DNA from: Minutocellus sp. GHC0000111
Lineage: Eukaryota
Assembly (NCBI GenBank): GCA_977018835.1
Contig: OZ361257.1
Location: forward strand, 3,968,001-4,032,000
Length of the DNA: 64,000 nt
Direction of reading: 5' to 3'
Part shown: piece after piece, positions 31,877 to 43,863 of the stretch
How the letters are laid out: each line of letters starts with the position of its first letter
Numbering within the stretch: position 1 is the first letter of the stretch
The notes under the pieces: model-generated
Told to the model about the DNA's origin: nothing
Seen by the model: the letters and a program-made list of their open reading frames with translations, nothing else
The model's database searches: none
Program-made: the position numbers and the translations under genes

Positions 31877-34231
31877 ATGGAGTGCCGACGTCGCAGTCCC
31901 ACGGCCAACTTTGCCGATGCGGCGGGCGGTGGCAGTGGTGGTAGCGAGCAACTACCCATCGTTCACAACTTGGCCCACGTCGACTTTGGAGGTTTGGGTG
32001 GTGCCGTAGGTGCTATCGGCAGTTCCTGCGTCGACGAAGTCGTCCGGCTCGCCAATGGAATTGCTGGCATTGACGAAAGCGAAGATCCAGCCACCGTCCC
32101 CGGGCCCTACTACGACGTCATCATCCTGGAACAGTCGTTGCCCATGTCCGCCTCCTTCCTGCGCAATGTTCGGTCACGATGTCCCTCGGCAGTCATCCTC
32201 TACGTCGATCTGAGAGGGTTGACACGCGAAGGGTTGGCCCAGCTGGGTGGTGATGGACACATCGTTGAATTTCGCGCCGCTCTCGAGGGACAAAACACAC
32301 GCGTCGTGACCACCCAGCTTGGGTTTGGGTCCAACCTGAACGTCGATTCGTTCACGACTGCAGTGGAAATCATGGAAGAGGACCTCATGAGTGACGAGGG
32401 GAAGAAGATTGGTAGGGCCCACACCGTGCTGAATCGACGGGGCCAGGACTTTGTCGCTGGGATGATCGGGCAAGTGATGGACGAGGAGCTGCCCGGTCCC
32501 GAGGGTAGGATCCAGCTGCGAGAGGAGGCGGCTGCTCGAGCTGCTCTTGTGGTGGAGAGTGGTGAGTTTGGTGAAGATAGCTCAGAACAAGCACAGGAAC
32601 AGGAACAGGCCGAGCAAGTCGTCGATCTTCTCCCTCCATCCTCTTCTACCCACGATGCCAATTCTTGGATTACTCGCCAGTGTCGCGAATTGGCATCTTC
32701 TATCGCCAACCGACCTCTCCGCATCCTTTCCCTGGGTGGTAGCAATGCCTTCGGCGTCGGCCTGGAACCTGAACATCGATCGTCTCAGGCCTACCCGCAC
32801 GTTGTCGGTTCGTTGCGACCAGGATCAACCGTGATCAATGTCGCCACTCCCAGTAGCGATGCCGGTCATTACCTGAGTGGACCCATGTACCCATCGATGT
32901 GCGTCGAGAGTATGGTGGAGAAGGCGGAGCGGCAGATCGTTGGCGCAGCTCCTGCAGATGAAGTAAATGGTGATTTTGATGTCATTTTGGTGGAATTTTC
33001 CAACAATGGGCTAGAGGTGAGTAAATACTGTTTTCGTTTTTGTAACGTGGCGCGCATGCAGTTGTGCTTGTTTAAAGTACATGTACTTGATTGCTCACAA
33101 AATTCTGTATCTAAAAACATTTCCACGTATAACACCCCCACCCAGGGCCTCGGTCGTCTCCTTCGCCGCCTGCGCCGACGTTATCCCCATGCTCTTATTG
33201 TCTATGTCGAGCTTTGGTCGATATATAATGTTGCCGGAAGGCCGACGAATCACGAAATCACGGACGATATTCGGGCTGTTATCGACGAGTGTGGCATTTT
33301 CCACTACTTGCTCAAACCCTACCCTTCGACTGTCCTTCCCGACATGCCTGATGGCTTCACCGTTCGCAACAGTGAAAATATGCCTGCCTGGGTAGCTTCC
33401 GAGCCCATGGTATCCGAGCTCTTTACGCCGGATTGGCACCACTTGAGTCAAATCGGACACCGTCAAGTCGCCGAAGGTGTTCTTCGCATAATCGAAAAGC
33501 GTCTAGAGGCATCGCAACAGGGAGGGCGATGGCACGCAGAGGAGGTCCAGCGCAAGTATGACGAGATGGCTCGCAAGGCTAGAGATGCCCTCCTCAGGGC
33601 TCGTGGCATTGAACCTGAGGAGGAAGCATTTGATGCCGTATCAGCCTACGACACAAAAGACGAAATTAACCACTCTACCCACAAAATTGCCGCACTTGAA
33701 GATGCTGGATACGACGGCACGTGGGGGCGGGGTGATGATTGTCATATGTGGTTCTATGACAAGCACAATAGCCCAGACGCCGATTCTCCACCTCCCTTTG
33801 AAGAGAACGCCGACGTCAAGGGAGGACAATTCGAGATGTTCACTGCCGGACGGTGGGCGTATGAAGTTCCACCTGAAGGAACTGCCACAATCACAATCGA
33901 CCATCAACACAGCGGCCACGATGATGATGAGCCGGTCTACGTCGCCTTCATGTCCAAAGGCAACCCATCTGATTATCCCGCGATTGATGTTCTGGTGAAC
34001 CGCAAGAATAATTTCCGCATTGACCCCCTTAACTCCATGTTTGGCAACTTTCACATAACTTCAAGTGCCGAAATCGGCACCGCAACAACTTCCAAAACCA
34101 AGAATAAACTCACAATGGAATTCACACCGATCGAAGAGAAGGAGGCGCCTTTCCGTTTATTGGGAGTTGCCATCTGTGGAGCCTGCCTCGAGATTGATGA
34201 CGCAGGACGAAGAGTCAGTCTGGCAAAGTAG
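31877..34231 (+). CDS. Tandem SGNH/GDSL-hydrolase-like domain protein, probably 5'-truncated; intron 33017-33145
   Basis: Motifs LRILSLGGSN, DVILVEFSNN and DWHHLSQIGH. The first repeat (DVIILEQ...VILYVDL...LNRRGQ) lacks its GGS block. In-frame GTGAGT...CAG intron. Confidence 0.65.
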   Translation: MECRRRSPTANFADAAGGGSGGSEQLPIVHNLAHVDFGGLGGAVGAIGSSCVDEVVRLANGIAGIDESEDPATVPGPYYDVIILEQSLPMSASFLRNVRSRCPSAVILYVDLRGLTREGLAQLGGDGHIVEFRAALEGQNTRVVTTQLGFGSNLNVDSFTTAVEIMEEDLMSDEGKKIGRAHTVLNRRGQDFVAGMIGQVMDEELPGPEGRIQLREEAAARAALVVESGEFGEDSSEQAQEQEQAEQVVDLLPPSSSTHDANSWITRQCRELASSIANRPLRILSLGGSNAFGVGLEPEHRSSQAYPHVVGSLRPGSTVINVATPSSDAGHYLSGPMYPSMCVESMVEKAERQIVGAAPADEVNGDFDVILVEFSNNGLEVSKYCFRFCNVARMQLCLFKVHVLDCSQNSVSKNISTYNTPTQGLGRLLRRLRRRYPHALIVYVELWSIYNVAGRPTNHEITDDIRAVIDECGIFHYLLKPYPSTVLPDMPDGFTVRNSENMPAWVASEPMVSELFTPDWHHLSQIGHRQVAEGVLRIIEKRLEASQQGGRWHAEEVQRKYDEMARKARDALLRARGIEPEEEAFDAVSAYDTKDEINHSTHKIAALEDAGYDGTWGRGDDCHMWFYDKHNSPDADSPPPFEENADVKGGQFEMFTAGRWAYEVPPEGTATITIDHQHSGHDDDEPVYVAFMSKGNPSDYPAIDVLVNRKNNFRIDPLNSMFGNFHITSSAEIGTATTSKTKNKLTMEFTPIEEKEAPFRLLGVAICGACLEIDDAGRRVSLAK

Positions 34232-34454
34232 GCGATGATGAATTTGCGGAGCAGAAAAAAATTGCAACAAAATAATGTACAGTAGCTTCACAACAATGCA
34301 TACATGTGTGCATCAACTACGTGTACAATGTTATCATTGGTGATCTGTTTCATGTCTGTCGTTCTACTTTCTGGTTCATATTAATTTTCATGCCCACAAT
34401 TTCAACTCAGCCAGCAAGGGGCCTCTTCATTCTTTTACATCTCATTCGTCGTCA

Positions 34455-35513
34455 TTATATCATCTGAGAGTAGTATCCACTACCGCATACCTGTCCCATT
34501 TCAATCTCGTCCTCGCTATCAGTTGCAAGTGGTAATTCCTTCATAATCCGTCCTTGCTTGGCTTTACCTGAGTCCGTCACGAATTTCTTATGCCTAATCC
34601 ATCGTAGCCAATTGTAACCATATGCAACCGTGGGAGCTATCACAAATACGGCTACGCACATGGCCACAATTCCATGGGGCAAACTATCTCGCCTGGCATT
34701 TGCCCCTCCCATCTTGAGTACCAAATAGATTGCACTCATCAACGTAAAGGCCATCCAGAACGATATCACCAGCAAGGTTTCCTTGTATCGCTTACTGGAT
34801 CGAAAGTGCGAGATATATGCCTCATCGTATTCAACATCATCTTGAAGCATTGCGGAGTGAGGACAATCGGGCAAAAGGACGATTGGTATGGCTTCATTGG
34901 GTCTTGTTGGTGTTGATCCTTTGACATCATTGTCTCCGCACATTTGTCGCTGACGATCCATAACCGCCCGGCTTCGGCGGATAAGCTTTTTGACCACCCA
35001 CCCCTCTTGATTCACTCTCGCCGTAGATCCATGTGCAGTTGCTGGCAGTCCCACCAGTCCTGCCGAGCTTGGATTCGGGTGGGCATAAATCAAATAGTCA
35101 TACCGTCCGACGAATCGGCATTGGGTGTAATCCAAGAACCTCCACAAACCAATCCGAACATCTGAACGATGATTTCCATTTACGACATAGCCATCTCTTG
35201 TATACTGTTCGAGCAGCTCCAGCCTTTTCATCATAAAATGAACATAATACGTCAGCAGAGTGCTCAAAACTATAAACGCGAGGAGGAATAAGTAGAGAAG
35301 TGCCGTTAGACTCACTCCAACATAATCCTGGTGGGAGTCAGCGTTGGCATTGGCATCATCATCGTCAAAGCCACCACGAGAGGCACTGTAAGCAGTTCGA
35401 TAGTGCACATCATATAATACATAGATCGATACGGCGAGGAGTGGCAATGTCGATAATGCAAGTATCGGCCAGTGCTCAGTGCTGGTGGGATGCTCGATCA
35501 ACGTGGAGAGCAT
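34455..35513 (-). CDS. Four-TM membrane protein of unknown function
   Basis: 352-aa ORF with four hydrophobic segments; shares motifs with 36047-37048. Confidence 0.75.
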   Translation of the reverse strand: MLSTLIEHPTSTEHWPILALSTLPLLAVSIYVLYDVHYRTAYSASRGGFDDDDANANADSHQDYVGVSLTALLYLFLLAFIVLSTLLTYYVHFMMKRLELLEQYTRDGYVVNGNHRSDVRIGLWRFLDYTQCRFVGRYDYLIYAHPNPSSAGLVGLPATAHGSTARVNQEGWVVKKLIRRSRAVMDRQRQMCGDNDVKGSTPTRPNEAIPIVLLPDCPHSAMLQDDVEYDEAYISHFRSSKRYKETLLVISFWMAFTLMSAIYLVLKMGGANARRDSLPHGIVAMCVAVFVIAPTVAYGYNWLRWIRHKKFVTDSGKAKQGRIMKELPLATDSEDEIEMGQVCGSGYYSQMI

Positions 35514-36046
35514 ATATTTTGTTGACTCAACTCGAATGAAATCAACAGAGGTAAACGTCGTTACTTTGGTATCGCCAGCCAGACGTAGGCGCGGCGATCC
35601 GAAGGCTAAAACGGGGTCAGAGCATGCAACACTGCGTTGCCATGTACTTTATTGACGACATGGAGACCGTCGTACAAAGAATCGCCCACCGTGGCTTTTG
35701 GCTACTTTTTCACTGCCAACTGCTTTGGTTCCCGCAACCGCGATGCGACGCCGAGAAGCAAGCCCGCCGCCCCCGTAAGCAGCACAAGTTCCGGCCAAAA
35801 AGTCGCCAAACGCCGCCAACAAGAACCCAACGCAAGGAGGGCCAACCTCCAGCACCTCTGTTGGAAGCTTGAGAGAACACTTTATTCAATCTGTTTAAAT
35901 ATCACTGCTGTGCCTGGCGTTGAGTTCCCTTCGTGTAGCAAGCTATTCAGCTTGTATTGTAATTTCGCTTCCGAAGATACTGCAAACAAAAGCCTCTTGT
36001 GTTTATTTGTTCTTTGCCATTCCAGTTAACATCAAATCACAACGCC

Positions 36047-37048
36047 ATGGCCCGCCGACTAGCTCCAGCCCTGTCGCACTTGTCCCAGCTGATCTTGGCT
36101 ACAGTCCCCCTTTTCTTTGTTCTCTGTTACTTTCTCGTCCTTGCCGCCAAGCGTCCAGCGAAGCAGTACTACCAATACCAGGACGATGACGTTGCCTTTC
36201 AAAACATGGTGAATGCCGATGGACCCGTGATCGACTTGGATTACATCCTGTATGTGTTCTTGGCCTTCTTCGTGCTTTGGGCGTGTGGTGCAGTGTACAT
36301 TGGTATCTTTGTGCCCAAGCGTCACCAGCTGATCGACGCATATGTGACCCAATCAGAGACAATCATTGGAGATGTCAAGTACGCTCCCCGCCGCAATCTT
36401 CAATTCTTCTGCGCCCTTTGGAAGCGCTTCTCGCCGGAATATGCCATCGTCACGTACCGCCATCCCGACCCTGTCGCAGATGGTGTCACTCGAAGCTCCA
36501 ACAGCGATACTCGATACGTTGTTACCAAGAAAGTGCGAACGTATCAGCCCTTCAGCCGCGAGAAGGTGGCGATCAGTGTTTTGCCCGGCCTTCCTCGGTC
36601 GGGCCAGCCTCAATCCGATATCGAATACGACTTTGCCAGCTTCACGGAGGCCAAATCCGGCAGGAGGGATCGGCCACGGGGCATCCTGACCGTCATGGGG
36701 TTCTGGGTCGTCTTCACTCTCCTTGGTTCCATCTTCATCTGTCTGCAAATGAACCGATTGGACGAAGTCGATCCCGACGTCGATGCGGAGGCCGGATGGA
36801 AGACGTGGGCCCTCGTGGTGTTCCTTGGAACGCCGTTGGTGGCCTTTGGTTTCAATTGGTGGCGATGGAGCTCTCATCGCAAGTGGCTTACGCAGGAAGG
36901 ACGTGTCGTCAAGGAGGGCAGCGCCGAGGATAAGGCCGCTCGGCCGGGTCTGGAGGATGATCAGCCCGGTTGCGATGCCGACAACCTTTGCGGCACTGCT
37001 TCCGTCGACGACGATGAGTCTCACACCCCGTACAATGAGATGGTTTAA
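36047..37048 (+). CDS. Four-TM membrane protein, divergent paralogue of 34455-35513
   Basis: Shared motifs LY.FLA, KR..L...Y, Y.HP.P, LP..P.S...Q.D.EYD, FW..FTL...I and NW.RW..H.K..T..G. Confidence 0.75.
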   Translation: MARRLAPALSHLSQLILATVPLFFVLCYFLVLAAKRPAKQYYQYQDDDVAFQNMVNADGPVIDLDYILYVFLAFFVLWACGAVYIGIFVPKRHQLIDAYVTQSETIIGDVKYAPRRNLQFFCALWKRFSPEYAIVTYRHPDPVADGVTRSSNSDTRYVVTKKVRTYQPFSREKVAISVLPGLPRSGQPQSDIEYDFASFTEAKSGRRDRPRGILTVMGFWVVFTLLGSIFICLQMNRLDEVDPDVDAEAGWKTWALVVFLGTPLVAFGFNWWRWSSHRKWLTQEGRVVKEGSAEDKAARPGLEDDQPGCDADNLCGTASVDDDESHTPYNEMV

Positions 37049-37905
37049 GATGTTGAGAGTACTGCATAGAGGCAGACTCACATGCAGACTCTACTAGTAG
37101 GCACGATGGCTGGTCTGCCCCAGTGAACTGTGAAGGCCAAGCGCAAAAAAGCTGAGAGGCTTTTGGACGGAAGCCTCGAGTGTGTTGTTTGCATGCTGCC
37201 AAGATGACAATCGGGAGGCGGCAGCCGTCTTAGATTTATATCATAATATATATGTAAATAGGAACCTACATCGCAAAATATTACTTCTGGGTGCCGGCCA
37301 TGCTGCCTTGCATGTGGATCTACGTGTGGAGTCTAAATCTACGGCATGGGGCTGGACGCGCTGCACTGGCTGGCTGGTTGTTGGTGGTGCTCCTTCGAAT
37401 GAATCTCACGCCAGTGCTGCGGCTTCGCGGTGTGATTGCGAGGCGAGGCCTCGACTTTTGTAAGGGTTTCTTATGCGTCATAATGTCATCAGGACGTACG
37501 TAGATAGGACACGTACGTGGTTGTGGAAAAGTCGCAAGGTGCTCGAGAGGCAGATCAGGGGCAGAGGCAGATGGTTCGTACTTTTCGTACCAGGAAAGGG
37601 TACGACCAGCGACGGCAGAGCCGATACACCCAAGGGAAGCACCATCAGGTGAACGCAGAGCAGTCAAACGCTCTCCAATCCATTCAGGTGTCCTCCTCAC
37701 GCTCGTGCGGCAAGTGTGGATAAGCAACAAACAAACGAACGAGGGGTCATTTCAGATTCATTCGCATTCGTCATTGCATAATTCATCGTTTGTGCCGATC
37801 GGGGATCGAGAAGAACAAGCACAAGCACATCTCCTTTGCTTACTTATTGGCAAAACCCCCACAAAGAACTTGCAAATATAGGACTCGTATCTTTGAACGG
37901 CAAAC

Positions 37906-40900
37906 ATGAAGTTCCTACGCGCCGCGACCGACGGTATCCTCGGGAAGGACGCAGGTTCGCCGCCGGCGGATGTCCTTGTCGGTGCTGGTGGTCCCGTGAG
38001 TACCGACCAGGCCATGCCTCTCGACGAACAGAGGCCGATGCTCCGCCGTCTCAAGACGACCAAGAAGAAGAAAAAGAAGAAGACAACAACGACAACCGCC
38101 AAGGCAGGCGACGCCGAGACGACGACAAAGGCAGAGACGCCCGCGGCCTCAACTGGTACTACTGGTACGACTACTACCAAGAAGAAAAAGGTCGCCGTTG
38201 TTGCCGACGAGGAGGACGTGAAGAAAACCAGCACCGGTACCGGTAAGAAGGTCACTGCTACTACCGCGGATACCAAGGAGGAGGAAAGGGCCAAGGATGG
38301 CAAGGATGCGACCGTCAGCGACAAGAAAAATGATCAGGTGGACGAGTCGGACGGCGATGCCAAGGAGAGCAAGGATGAGGGGGGGGAGGACGACGGCAAG
38401 GCCAAATCGGTAGTCAAGACCAAGACCGAGTCCAAGGTCGAGAAGGCTGGAGACGATGACAAGTCAACCGGTACGGCCAAGGCCAAGGATACCAAGGCAG
38501 TAGCTGACGAAGAGGAGAAGTCGGAGCTCGACACGAAAAAGAAGAAAAAGGTGAAGGTTGGTAGTGATGAAGTCGACAGTGAGACCAAAATGACTGCTGA
38601 AACGTCCGACGGTGATGAGACCGAGGTCAAGGCCAAGGCCGACGAATCCGACGATACTGACGGTGCGGCTGCTGTTGATCCCTCGGGGGACATGGAGGAT
38701 GAGGATGGCGAGCAGGAAACTGATGATGGGACAAGGGTGGTGAAACTTGGTGACGAGGAGTCAGCCGATGCCAAGCCAGACGCCGACGACGAGAGCAAAG
38801 ATGATCAGGACGAGGTCAGCGCCGACTGGGACAAGCAAAAGAAGGTCTCAGCCGACACCAAGCTCGACGCCGACGAAGAGGAGGGCGGCGACGAGGATGA
38901 GGACGAGGTCAGCGCCGACTCGGACAAGCAAAAGAAGGTTTCAGCCGACACCAAGCTCGACGCCGACGACGAGAGCAAAGATGATGAGGACGAGGTCAGC
39001 GCCGACTCGGACGAGCAAAAGAAGGTGTCAGCCGATACCAAGCTCGACACCGACGAAGAGGAGGGCGGCGACGAGGATGAGGACGAGGTCAGCGCCGACT
39101 CGGACAAGCAAAAGAAGGTGTCAGCCGACACCAAGCTCGACGCTGACGACGAAAGCAAAGATGATCAGGACGAGGTCAGCGCCGACTCGGAGAAGCAAAA
39201 GAAGGTGTCAGCCGACACCAAGCTCGACGCCGACGAAGAGGACGGCAGCGACGAGGATAAGGCCAGCGCCGACGAAGAGAAGAAGGTCACCAGTACCGCC
39301 GATGATATCAAGAAATTGGACAGCGCGGACGGCAAGGATACGGAGGAGCCAGAAGTATCTGTCGGCAATGGCAGCGATGATGACGAATCAGGCAAGGCCG
39401 AGCCCAAGAAACCTGAGGTAAAGCTTGACGGTGCTGAGGAAACTGGCGAAGAGTCAAAGCTGGAATCGTCCCCTGCCAAAACATCCGACACCCCAACGAA
39501 TCCATTTGGTGCCATTGATTCCAAGCTGACCGTAGAGGCCGGCGAGAAGGGCAAGACAAAAGCCGGCTCTTCCGAGTTTGATTATGGCGAGAAGGGAGAT
39601 GACGTGGCGCCGAAGACATCCAACCAGGGTGAAGACGAAGAGCCATCCAAGGCATCCAAGCTTGAAGATGCTTCTGACGATGACAACAAGGCAGCCACTG
39701 CCTTCGGTAGGACAAAGGACGAAATCAGCGAAAAGGGATCAACTGACGAGCTGGAGCAGCAAGTTGGCAAGAAGGAGGGCGAGAGCGCAGAACCGTCCAA
39801 GGTTGCCTCAAAGGGCCAAACTGATGTCGCTGATGAGGATGCGATTGAAAATGGTGGTGCCCAGGGTGAGAACGGCAAAATGAGTGAACAAGAGAAAGAG
39901 TCTACCGATGAATTGAAGCAGATAGTGCAATCCGAAGAGGCCGACGAAGATACTGAGGAGGACGCCAAGGCAGAAGCTCAAGCAAAGCTTGAAGGGCCTT
40001 CTAGTTCTGTTGCTCGCGAGGACCTTGAAGTTTCTCAGATAGCCAAAGCAATGGCACAGAAGAAGGTCGGCGCCGCAACATCGACGCTCAACAACGCTGA
40101 CACCAGTACTGCCGTAGCATCAGATGACGAGGTGAGTGATGCATCACAGCAAATATCAATTTCTTTATCGTACCTAGGTACTCTCTCACTATGTCTTACG
40201 CTGCGAATATATTCCCCTTTGTGCTACTAACATACATGTGATGTTATTTTGTTTGTTTCGTGTCTTCTTACGCACAGAATGCACCCGAAAAGTCAACCGA
40301 CGAGGAGCAAAGGGCCGGGCTGTCCAACGCGACCAAGATTCACAATACCAATCGTACCCAAGCCGACACAGCTGATTCGGATGAAGATGACGCCGATGTC
40401 AAAGAATCAGAAGAAGGAGAAGAAGATAACAGCCCCGGAGCCGGTCTGTTCAACGTGACAGAGGCTCGCGGTACCAATAGCACTCAACTCGACGCGGCTG
40501 ATTCAAATGAAGACGGTGTCGATAACGAGCAATCTGAAGATGATACGGACGGCCAAGCTGGTCTTTTCAACGTCGCGAAGGCCCGCGGTAACAACAGTAC
40601 TCAGAACGCCAATCAAGACGGTTCCATAGGTGAGGCCAAGGCATCTATCATCGCTGGTGATAGTCAGGATGCTTCCGAGAAAGTCGGTGACAAATCAACA
40701 GATGAGGAAGAAGGTAGTGGGGACGAAGTCGGTACCGGGGCCAAGAAAGATGGTGACGAATCAAAAGATGAAGAGGATGCTACCGAGGATGATACCGAGA
40801 AAGTCGGTGACGAATCAACGGATGAAGAGGATGCTACCGAGGATGATACCGAGAAAGTCGGCGACGAATCAACGGATGAAGAGGATGCTACCGAGGATGA

Positions 40901-41918
40901 TACCGAGAAAGTCGGTGACGAATCAACGGATGAAGAGGATGCTACCGAGGATGATACCGAGAAAGTTGGTGACGAATCAACGGATGAGGAAGAAGGTAGT
41001 GGGGACGAAGTCGGTACTGGGGCCAAGAAAGATGGTGACGAATCAACAGATGAGGAAGTCGGTACCGAAACAGAGAAAGCTGGCGACGAATCAACGGATG
41101 AGGAAGACGAGGACGAAGATGAGGGCGACGATGATGATCAAGAAGAGGAAGCGGGCCCAACCACTAGTAAAGAGGAGAAGAGCACCGATGATACGGAAGA
41201 GAAAGAGGCACTCGAGTCCACAATTGATGGCACATCCGAGGCGGAGACTGGTGATGGTACGCCCGACACCGAAGGCAACGATGCCATCGACGAGCAATCC
41301 GAAGCTATTGACAAAGATAGTGAGGATAACGATGAAGAGTCTGCAGCCGAAGTGTCCTTCAAAGACGAAAATCCTGCCGGCGACGAGGAGGAGAAGGACG
41401 ACGATGGCTTCGGTGACGATGCCAATCCTTCTGAACAGAACATCAATGAACCAAATCCCGATGACGATCAAACGGATGACGATGTTCGTGGTGACGACGC
41501 AGAAGACAGCGCCAACCGTCAGTTCTTTACTGGTGATGACGCCGAGGCCGACGGTTTAGAGGCTGGATTCGGGAATGAGGGAGTCACACAGGAAGAATGG
41601 ACTCAGTCATCCCCAGCGACTGACGGCCAAGCCGAACCTTCTCCATTCAGCACCCAGCAAGGAGAGCCTGCGTCGTCGGAGACCGAGTCTACCAATATTG
41701 CCTCAATTCCTACTCAACGCTACGACGACGACTCTGTCAGTGAGTTTGGCGAGAATTCCGGTTTCATTGGTCTGATGCTGGCTTCTCTCGTAATCGCTCT
41801 ACTCGCACGCTACATCAAACGCCGACGAGGCGCCCCGGAGATGGCTGGATATTCAAGGGTCGTCGGTGATGATCGCTACGGCCACAGCAACTCCTATGCC
41901 GTGAACAAGAAAAATTGA
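37906..41918 (+). CDS. Large D/E/K-rich repetitive single-pass membrane protein; intron 40132-40277
   Basis: A phase-0 GTGAGT...CAG intron joins the two ORFs (SDDE|NAPE). Contains an RRL motif followed by poly-K, acidic repeats, the TM segment FIGLMLASLVIALLA and the tail RYIKRRR...GYSRV. Confidence 0.8.
38810..39260 (+). repeat. Coding higher-order repeat: alternating 93-bp and 87-bp units (180-bp period)
   Basis: EVSADxDKQKKVSADTKLDAD-EEEGGDEDED alternates with -DESKDD[EQ]D over five units. The lines starting at 38881 and 39061 are nearly identical. Confidence 0.95.
40676..41110 (+). repeat. Coding 54-bp tandem repeat (EKVGDESTDEEDATEDDT) bracketed by duplicated EEGSGDEVGTGAKKDGDES
   Basis: Directly visible in the sequence and its translation. 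Confidence 0.95.
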
Positions 41919-42519
41919 AGCTCCTTTTACGGTTTTCTACTCTTCGAAGCAACTTGTAAACTGCAGCTGTCACATTACAATTTTGAGCCTCGCAAGCGCA
42001 ACATCCTCTGCACTCAAGTAGGTGTCATACATGAACTAAATTCAAGCAAATAAAACTTAACTTTTTAGGAAACTGATTCATCGATATAATGGGATTCGTC
42101 AATTTGGGATTACTTGCGTTTGATGCACTATGTCCATAGAAGACGATTGGCAAAGAGAATTCTCATTCTCATTCACCGCTCTGCATGCTGGTCAAATGCC
42201 CCCGGCCATTTATCTGCCACTCTTAGAGAGCATCGGGAATTATTTTCTCTTCCAAGTTGAGGTAGAAAAGGTTTTCAGCTTAGCTTGACTTCCATATATG
42301 TACAATATGAACAAGACCGTGAGTTTTCTGTCCCACAGGGAGGGTGCGAGAGAGATCGTGGGGGTTCAACCCGTCATCACATTTCTACATGTACGTATTT
42401 TGCTGATATTGTCGAAGAAAAGATCTTTTTGGATATTTGCATATATTCTACACATTATAAGTAAACTTGCTGCTCTTATCTGCTTGCATTTTTTTATTTG
42501 CCCGTTTGTTCAATGGTAC

Positions 42520-42719
42520 TTAGAACGGCGCGGCGCTCTCCAAATTGACCTGCTCTCGGGTACCAGGGTGGCGGAAGCTCAAAGATTTCGCATGAACACA
42601 CATTGCCTTGCCGCTGTCTGCATCTCCGTATACGCTGTCTCCGACGATGGGGTGGCCGATGGCGCTGCAGTGAACATTGAGCTGGTGGGTGCGTCCGGTA
42701 ACGCTGGTAAGGCTGATGT
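42520..42719 (-). pseudogene. C-terminal fragment of an RluA-family pseudouridine synthase
   Basis: ISLTSVTGRTHQLNVHCSAIGHPIVGDSVYG...MCVHAKSLSFRHP. The catalytic HRLD N-terminal part is absent. Confidence 0.85.
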
Positions 42720-43442
42720 CTGGGAGGGGACAATTGGGAACAAGCGGCGCTTCCGCCAAAAGGCGACAGGCCCTGGGCTAGTGACCTCACTGCGGAGCGT
42801 ACCGATCTAGTTCGATCATACTTTCACATGATTTCTTGGGAATTCGGTCACATTCCTGTGCCTCCACTTGGTGATACCAATTGGGAATACGAAAAATTGG
42901 TTTCGGTCTATATAACGCGCAATCCTTTGGATAGGCTGATGAGTGGTGGGGGTGCAGTCGATCGACGGTTCGGGACTCTGGAGGAGCGCACAGATGACCA
43001 GTGGTGGGCGTACAGCAACAGTACGTATACAGACAACTTTGCCCTGAATCGTCTGACGGGAGGATTATGCGTTGACGGGGATCGGACGCCCGAGTCATGC
43101 CTCGACCAGGGAAAGGAATTGTTGAGCAGATTTACCTTTGTTTTGGATCAGCAATGCCTGTCCGAATCAATTGCGGCGTTTGCCCAAGTGATGAATAAAC
43201 CAGCGCCAGACCAGGAAACATCTAGAACTGTACACAAAGTCCCGAAAAGTGCCGCGGCAACCGCACAGGAGCGGATCAAGAGCAATGAAATTTATGATTA
43301 TCTCGCTAAAAGGAATGCGATGGACACGGCGCTGTATGAGTGGAGCAAGAGCATAAGTTTGGTTCGTTGTGATGTATTGACCGATGGAGAGGATGATGTT
43401 GTAGAAAACGGTGACAAGGACGACGAAGGAGTGCCCAGATAA
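42720..43442 (+). pseudogene. 5'-truncated gene, possibly sulfotransferase-like
   Basis: Frame open from ~42720 (LGGDNWEQ...VRSYFHMISWEF). YITRNPLDRLMS resembles a 3'-PB motif, and RNAMDTALYEW is also present. No promoter space upstream. Confidence 0.5.
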
Positions 43443-43863
43443 GTTTCTAGGCATATCATGAACAAAAGGTTATTTCGGCTACCTACTTCGTAGCTACGTA
43501 GCTAGCTACTACGTAGTAGTTCCTAGCTAATAGTGCGTACGTACTCAATGTTACGAGAAAACGACAAGTATTATTATCATCCGTCAAAAAGACAAAAGAG
43601 ACCTTACATCATTGGAACATTTGTTTGTTCGAATCCCATACAGTGAGACCAAGAAGCTCCTTCTTTTTCATGCCTTGTGTGCTAGCTTGCTTTGTAAATG
43701 TAGGCATTTCTTTGCAGCGGGGTATAATAGTCGCAACCAAACTGTAGCATCGCTGCACAAAATAATTTCCCTCCGATCAAAATGTGATGCGTGCGTATGT
43801 ACAAAAATGCAAACAATCTCCAAATCAACAAAAACTCCAGGGCGACAGGTAGCTGCGTCTCAT

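Noticed and set aside
38810..41110. CRISPR-like arrays
   Set aside because: The repeats are in-frame coding tandem repeats with no unique spacers, and no cas genes are present.
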